Virus record (IMG/VR): IMGVR_UViG_3300031133_000283
Length of the DNA: 20,000 nucleotides
Reading direction: 5' to 3' (one strand)
From: an uncultured virus (IMG/VR IMGVR_UViG_3300031133_000283)
Lineage: Duplodnaviria; Heunggongvirae; Uroviricota; Caudoviricetes
The notes below the pieces were generated by a model. It saw only the letters and a program-made list of their open reading frames with translations. It did no database searches and was not told where the DNA came from. Made by a program: the position numbers and the translations under genes. How positions within the stretch are numbered: the first letter of the stretch is position 1; the number at the start of each line of letters is the position of its first letter. This document shows, piece by piece, positions 15,611 to 20,000 of the stretch.

Positions 15611-15661
15611 TTAATAGGCTTGGGCCTACCTTGAAATATAAGGTAGGCCCAAGCCTATTAA
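15611..15661. terminator. perfect 22-bp inverted repeat
   Basis: TTAATAGGCTTGGGCCTACCTT-gaaatat-AAGGTAGGCCCAAGCCTATTAA. Confidence 0.75.
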
Positions 15662-15667
15662 GATTTA

Positions 15668-15696
15668 TTGTCATAATGACTAAAATGTGGTAAGAT
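15668..15696 (+). promoter_or_regulatory. SigA-type promoter for the Nudix gene
   Basis: TTGTCA (15668-15673), 17-nt spacer, TGg-TAAGAT (15691-15696). Confidence 0.7.
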
Positions 15697-15722
15697 CATT
15701 ACACGTAAGAAAAGGAAGCAAC

Positions 15723-16367
15723 ATGGATACCCCCATTTCAGATAACATCAACCAGCTCTTTCATTTGAGCCTGGAAGAAAAAACCCATCTACAAGAACAG
15801 CTTGTAGAAATTCATGAGCTTTCTCAGCATTATAAGCATGACTATGAGCATGAACCTGCGCCTTCAACTCGTGACGGCGAGCAGGAGTATCTTGAAACAT
15901 ATGACCCAACACGGTATGGTGTTGACCCGACCTCTTCTGTTGGAACTGCTGATAACATTATCTTCACCGATGGCGAAGATGGTCAGCTCCAAGTGCTTCT
16001 TATTGAGCGGAAGAACTACCCATACAAAGGTTATTGGTGTCACCCAGGCGGCTTCATTGACGCAGGTGAATCAACAAAGACCGCAGCTGTGCGTGAGTTG
16101 GCAGAAGAGACAAGTATGCAGGTCGACGCTGACTTAGTACTGTTCGTCAAGCGTTACGCTCAGCCGTGGCGGGACCCTCGCATGAAATATATTGTTATGA
16201 ACACTCATGTGGCCTACTTCCCTACTATCCCAGCTTTTGCTGCTGCTGATGACGCAGCTGATGCAAAACTTGTCGATGTTGCAAGTCTCTATACCGAAGA
16301 TGGTCTGCCTTTGGGCTTTGACCATAAGCAGTCAATTGCGGATGCAGTCCAGTTCCTGCTTAATTAA
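15723..16367 (+). CDS. Nudix hydrolase, NrtR/ADP-ribose pyrophosphatase-like, without a wHTH domain
   Basis: EYLETYDP..Y, LQVLLIERKNYPYKGYWCHPGGF, Nudix box GFIDAGESTKTAAVRELAEET, RDPR, A.DDAADA, LGFDH. Start ATG 15723 after AAAGGAAG. Confidence 0.88.
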   Translation: MDTPISDNINQLFHLSLEEKTHLQEQLVEIHELSQHYKHDYEHEPAPSTRDGEQEYLETYDPTRYGVDPTSSVGTADNIIFTDGEDGQLQVLLIERKNYPYKGYWCHPGGFIDAGESTKTAAVRELAEETSMQVDADLVLFVKRYAQPWRDPRMKYIVMNTHVAYFPTIPAFAAADDAADAKLVDVASLYTEDGLPLGFDHKQSIADAVQFLLN

Positions 16368-16635
16368 CAGCGTGTTACAGTTTCATTTTTCTCACTGCTT
16401 ATTCTGCTTCTCATTCTAAAAAGCCGATAGGATTTAAGCACACAGAAAGACCGTGAAAACGTTGACTGCTTACACCATTGTTAGTGCTGGACTGCTTCTC
16501 AAAGCAGCCGGATTCAACGTTCACCATGTTCACCTTCCGAGGGGGTGTTGCTCTTCCAGTTAAGAACAAACCGTCACCCAAAATGCAAGCAACAAGCCCC
16601 TCAAAAATCTATTATAAAAAGGAAGGATGTGCATC

Positions 16636-18297
16636 GTGTCTGTTTTCTACGAGACTGATGTCAACCAGAACATCCAGCATGAAGTCAAAGTCCGTCTTCG
16701 TACTCGTGAAGAAGCTCCTGAAAAGGCAACCCTTTACGTCGGCCCAACTAATTCAGGTAAAACATTCAACTCATTGAATGCTTTGTTTGATGAGTATGAG
16801 CAGAATCCGCAAGGTAAGTATGTATTCGCTGGACCACTACGACAGCTCGCTTATGAAGTTTATGAGAAAATGGTTGCCCGTTATGGGGAAGAACGAGTAG
16901 GGTTTCTTACTGGAGAAGAGCAAATCAACCCAGATGCTCCTCTCATTGCCTGCACGGTAGAGATGGCTCCTGATGAAGGAGACTCCTTAGTCCTTGATGA
17001 GACACACTGGATTGTAGACAGTGACCGAGGACAGCATTGGACGAATCTTCTTATTGGTGGAAAATATAAGAACTTCCACATCCTTACTGCCATGGAAGCA
17101 CTGAATACTGTTGCTTCTTTCGTAGAAGATGCTGCAAACCTTGACCTAAAAGAATACACTCGTAAAACTCCGCTTACCTTCAAGGGTAAAATCAACATTT
17201 ACAGCGTTCCAGAACGAAGTGCTGTGGTTTGCTTCTCCCGTAAGGCCGTGTACGCTGTTGCGCAGATGCTCGAAGAAGCGGGAAAGAAAGTAGGCGTACT
17301 CTACGGTCACCTGCCTTTGAAAGCTCGTAACGCTCAGCTGGAAAAATACCTCAAAGGTGACTATGACATCATGGTAACAACTGATGTCATCGGTCATGGA
17401 ATCAATCTGCCTATTGACAATGTAGTCTTCGTGCAGTCTGAGAAGTTTGATGGTTCGCAGCGCCGTAAGCTGCGCACGTGGGAAATCGCTCAGATTGCAG
17501 GTCGCGCAGGCCGTTTCGGCTTATCAACTGAGGGATCAGTGTATGTCTTAGAAGGCAAAGACTGGTTTACTGATGACACTCTTCTTTTGGAAGAAGGAAC
17601 TCGTGCAGGTGCAGGTCTGACTGCGACTGACCTTGATGTCAGCAAAGCTATCATTACACCAAGGTTCTCTGACTTGAACATCAAGAAGCAAACAGATATC
17701 CTCCCAGCTTTGCTCTCCTGGGAGCTGGAAGCCTCTGTACGTCTCTCTGAGCGCTCCGTAGCTCCTTCCACGCTCAACGACATGAAGCACCTGCTTTACG
17801 CCGTCTCTGACCACCTGAACGCTCCTCTGTACCCTGATGAGCAGGGTGAGTGGAAGATTACAGTACCTGAACTCTGGACGCTTATCTCAGGCCCGTTCAA
17901 CCCAGAAGGTAACGCAATCAAAATGATTTCAACCTGGCTGAGTGAACGTAACCGTGAGAAATCACGCAGTCTTGAAGAATACTTCTACAACATTGTTCTT
18001 GCCCCACTATACAACCCTGTTTATGATGACAAGAACGAAAACGGTGACGAGGTATCTCCATTTGAGCACAGTGTTCATTGCATTGGGGAACTCAAAATGG
18101 CGAATATCATGTTTGGCAGTTCAGGAACTCTTCTGTACAGCGAACTGGTAGAGTATGAAGAGCGTCTTAGCGATGTCGTTATCAACACGATTCAGCATGC
18201 AATTACAAAAGGAAAATATGGCGTATGCATGACTTGCCGTAACTCCTGCTCTCCATGGTTCAAATACTGCGAGGATTGCTACTGGTCACGTCGCTGA
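16636..18297 (+). CDS. SUV3-like superfamily 2 helicase with C-terminal CxxC-CxxC
   Basis: YVGPTNSGKT, AGPLRQLAYE, TGEE, CTVEM, VLDETH, AVVCFSRK, LYG.LP, TTDVIGHGINL, QIAGRAGRFG. GTG 16636 is best spaced from RBS AAGGAAGG; the ORF track uses ATG 16627. Confidence 0.9.
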   Translation: MSVFYETDVNQNIQHEVKVRLRTREEAPEKATLYVGPTNSGKTFNSLNALFDEYEQNPQGKYVFAGPLRQLAYEVYEKMVARYGEERVGFLTGEEQINPDAPLIACTVEMAPDEGDSLVLDETHWIVDSDRGQHWTNLLIGGKYKNFHILTAMEALNTVASFVEDAANLDLKEYTRKTPLTFKGKINIYSVPERSAVVCFSRKAVYAVAQMLEEAGKKVGVLYGHLPLKARNAQLEKYLKGDYDIMVTTDVIGHGINLPIDNVVFVQSEKFDGSQRRKLRTWEIAQIAGRAGRFGLSTEGSVYVLEGKDWFTDDTLLLEEGTRAGAGLTATDLDVSKAIITPRFSDLNIKKQTDILPALLSWELEASVRLSERSVAPSTLNDMKHLLYAVSDHLNAPLYPDEQGEWKITVPELWTLISGPFNPEGNAIKMISTWLSERNREKSRSLEEYFYNIVLAPLYNPVYDDKNENGDEVSPFEHSVHCIGELKMANIMFGSSGTLLYSELVEYEERLSDVVINTIQHAITKGKYGVCMTCRNSCSPWFKYCEDCYWSRR

Positions 18298-18302
18298 CTT
18301 TG

Positions 18303-18311
18303 TGGTATCCT
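18303..18311 (+). promoter_or_regulatory. extended -10 promoter candidate
   Basis: TGg-TATCCT in the short gap before the phosphatase RBS (AAGGAG). Confidence 0.5.
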
Positions 18312-18344
18312 GATGGTAACTAAGAATATACAAGGAGACTAAAG

Positions 18345-19178
18345 ATGACACTCCCAATGAAGTTCACACTAGTACGACACGGGCTTTCCGAAGCAAACCG
18401 TGTGCAGAGGTACATTCGTGAAAAGGATACAAAAACGCTTGCGGCATTAGTGAACCCTAACTTCACCGACCGCCATGACTCCACAGCAAAGCTGACAAAA
18501 CGAGGAGTTGAGCAGGCAGAAATTACAGGGGAATGGATACGAGAAAATTTCAACCCGTTTGATAGGTTCTACGTATCCCCTCATGTTCGTACACGAGAAA
18601 CAGCTGGGCATTTGCATTTGAACGGTGACTGGATTGTGGATGACCGTTTCCGTGAGCGTGACTGGGGTGAGGTGTCATCACCAGATAAGAACCTCCAAGA
18701 TTTGATGTCTCCGCTGTCTCGCCATTTGAAAGAAATGAACGAATGGTATTGGAAGCCTCAGGGTGGAGAGTCATTGGCTACGGGTGTTCGTTCACGAGTA
18801 GAGCTTGTAATGCAGAGCCTCTACCGTAGAGAGAATGTGCAGAATGTCATTGGAGTTACTCACGGTGAGTTTATTCGTGTAGCTCAATTCGTCATTGAGC
18901 GTTTGTCACCAGATAAATTCAACCTGATGGATTCTAATGAGAAGTACCGTGTGCAGAACACTATGGTGCTTGAATACGCTCGTCAGAACCCACATAACCA
19001 TTCTGAGATTACTGAGAACTTCCATTGGCGACGAGCAACATGTCCGTGGGATGAGAGTCTTTCTTGGGATAATGGTGAATGGGTTGAGTTCCATACAGTC
19101 AAGCATTCTGATGACGACTTACTCAACTATGCAAACACATATGAAAGGTACTTCTCTGATGAGCGAATCGAAAACTGA
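18345..19178 (+). CDS. histidine phosphatase (phosphoglycerate mutase-like)
   Basis: LVRHG, LT..GVEQA, SPHVRTRET, RERDWG, GGES, VTHG. Confidence 0.92.
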   Translation: MTLPMKFTLVRHGLSEANRVQRYIREKDTKTLAALVNPNFTDRHDSTAKLTKRGVEQAEITGEWIRENFNPFDRFYVSPHVRTRETAGHLHLNGDWIVDDRFRERDWGEVSSPDKNLQDLMSPLSRHLKEMNEWYWKPQGGESLATGVRSRVELVMQSLYRRENVQNVIGVTHGEFIRVAQFVIERLSPDKFNLMDSNEKYRVQNTMVLEYARQNPHNHSEITENFHWRRATCPWDESLSWDNGEWVEFHTVKHSDDDLLNYANTYERYFSDERIEN

Positions 19179-19431
19179 AGATAGAATTCCTCTCACACAG
19201 TCTGAACGATTCATGCTTGCTCTATCATACATGGAAGCCGTCATCAAAGACGACCAACAAATGGCAGCTCTTGTACAAAAGAGTATGACATCACATGAAT
19301 TTATGGCAGGAGTTGGAGTTCTCTCGCCCATCCTCTTCACCTTATATGAACAAAAAACTGGCGAAGGAGAAGAACTTCTTCAACTCCTTCGCCAGTTAGG
19401 AAACAAAATGAAACTTGACGAGTCCCGTTAG
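19159..19431 (+). CDS. small hypothetical helical protein (90 aa)
   Basis: 3' part of ORF 18937..19431. ATG 19159 follows GAAAGG and overlaps the phosphatase end. Confidence 0.6.
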   Translation: MSESKTEDRIPLTQSERFMLALSYMEAVIKDDQQMAALVQKSMTSHEFMAGVGVLSPILFTLYEQKTGEGEELLQLLRQLGNKMKLDESR

Positions 19432-19889
19432 TCAGCGTTCGGAAGAGACCAGATTTCTAAGTGAATCTGGTCTTCTTTCTTTGCTACAGACTCCATCACT
19501 TCTTTAACATCCAGCCATTCCAGACCTCCGATGTTTGCTCCGATACGGGGAACAGCGAACCCTTCTAAACCCTGCTCTTTGCAGAAACGGAAAGCAGCTG
19601 ACATAGAAGACTCAACCCATTCTAAACGAGCATGCTTACCTGGCTTGTCCTGAGAAGCCAGGTTCAGAATGTAAAAATCAGGAGCTGTCTCAACTTTGAC
19701 GTACTGCATTAAACCTGGGGCTAATGTTTTGTCCCGACAGGCTTGCTTATATGGAGCTAAAACCTGAGGGTAACGGGTTGCGACAACTTTGGCGAACCCA
19801 GCGCCCATCATCCCATAAATGTTCACCCCATGGCCAATAGCGGGCATAGTTGTCGTAAACGCATCACCTGTTATGAACTCCACAGACAT
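19428..19889 (-). CDS. stand-alone macrodomain protein (Poa1p/TARG1/DarG-macro-like)
   Basis: ITGDAF, IGHGVN..GMMGAGFAK....RYP, ILNLASQ, AVPRIGANIGGLEW..V. Start ATG 19889 after AGAAAGAG. Confidence 0.9.
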   Translation of the reverse strand: MSVEFITGDAFTTTMPAIGHGVNIYGMMGAGFAKVVATRYPQVLAPYKQACRDKTLAPGLMQYVKVETAPDFYILNLASQDKPGKHARLEWVESSMSAAFRFCKEQGLEGFAVPRIGANIGGLEWLDVKEVMESVAKKEDQIHLEIWSLPNAD

Positions 19890-19962
19890 ATAAAAATCTC
19901 TTTCTTTTTCAACCTTGATAGTAGTAATCCCCATCATACTCTAAAAAGCCGATATTTCCCAT

Positions 19963-20000
19963 ATGGATGAGACAAAAACTGATTTTACGTTGAAAGTAGC
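19963..20000 (+). CDS. probable start of next gene (MDETKTDFTLKV...), 3'-truncated
   Basis: ATG lies 8 nt after GCCGATA (19948-19954), and the frame is open to the window end. Confidence 0.4.
   Translation, partial: MDETKTDFTLKV

Noticed and set aside
16453..16777. Frameshifted or read-through N-terminal extension of the helicase, including ORF 16478..16777
   Set aside because: Two in-frame TAA stops intervene, there is no convincing slippery site, and a good RBS directly precedes GTG 16636.
18937..19158. N-terminal part of ORF 18937..19431
   Set aside because: It overlaps the phosphatase out of frame. The real start is more likely ATG 19159.
1..20000. tRNA, rRNA, IS elements or a recoded stop codon
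   Set aside because: No cloverleaf, rRNA, transposase or terminal-repeat signal was seen by eye. TAA, TGA and TAG all end genes, and the recognisable families are of normal length.

Overview
Gene-dense window, mostly on the + strand. It is AT-rich by eye (roughly low-40s % GC, not computed), yet its proteins look actinobacterial (SSB, DUF1524-type secreted HNH nuclease, DUF2510 peptide, actinobacterial SLT). This best fits a large mobile element (megaplasmid or jumbo-phage-like) of an actinobacterial host, although no replication, capsid or relaxase gene is visible to settle which. Three blocks are visible. (1) Recombination: a PD-(D/E)XK exonuclease with a 319-aa intein inserted at its DYK|T active site, RecX, an unknown 518-aa protein, a RuvC-like resolvase and SSB. 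(2) Envelope/DNA transfer: a membrane FtsK/SpoIIIE ATPase, a secreted HNH nuclease, DUF2510, a small membrane protein and a lytic transglycosylase. (3) Nucleotide, RNA-repair and ADP-ribose functions: DRB0094-type RNA ligase, ThyA, DHFR, Nudix, SUV3-like helicase, histidine phosphatase and a macrodomain. The non-coding DNA shows two apparent promoter classes: SigA-like, and a recurring GCC(G/T/A)ATA motif resembling the sigma28/WhiG -10 box, often 8-9 nt before an ATG with no Shine-Dalgarno site. It also contains a 15-bp inverted repeat wrapped around the exonuclease promoter and start, structured leaders before the RNA ligase and the helicase, and several long hairpins. All family calls come from motif recognition, not database searches.
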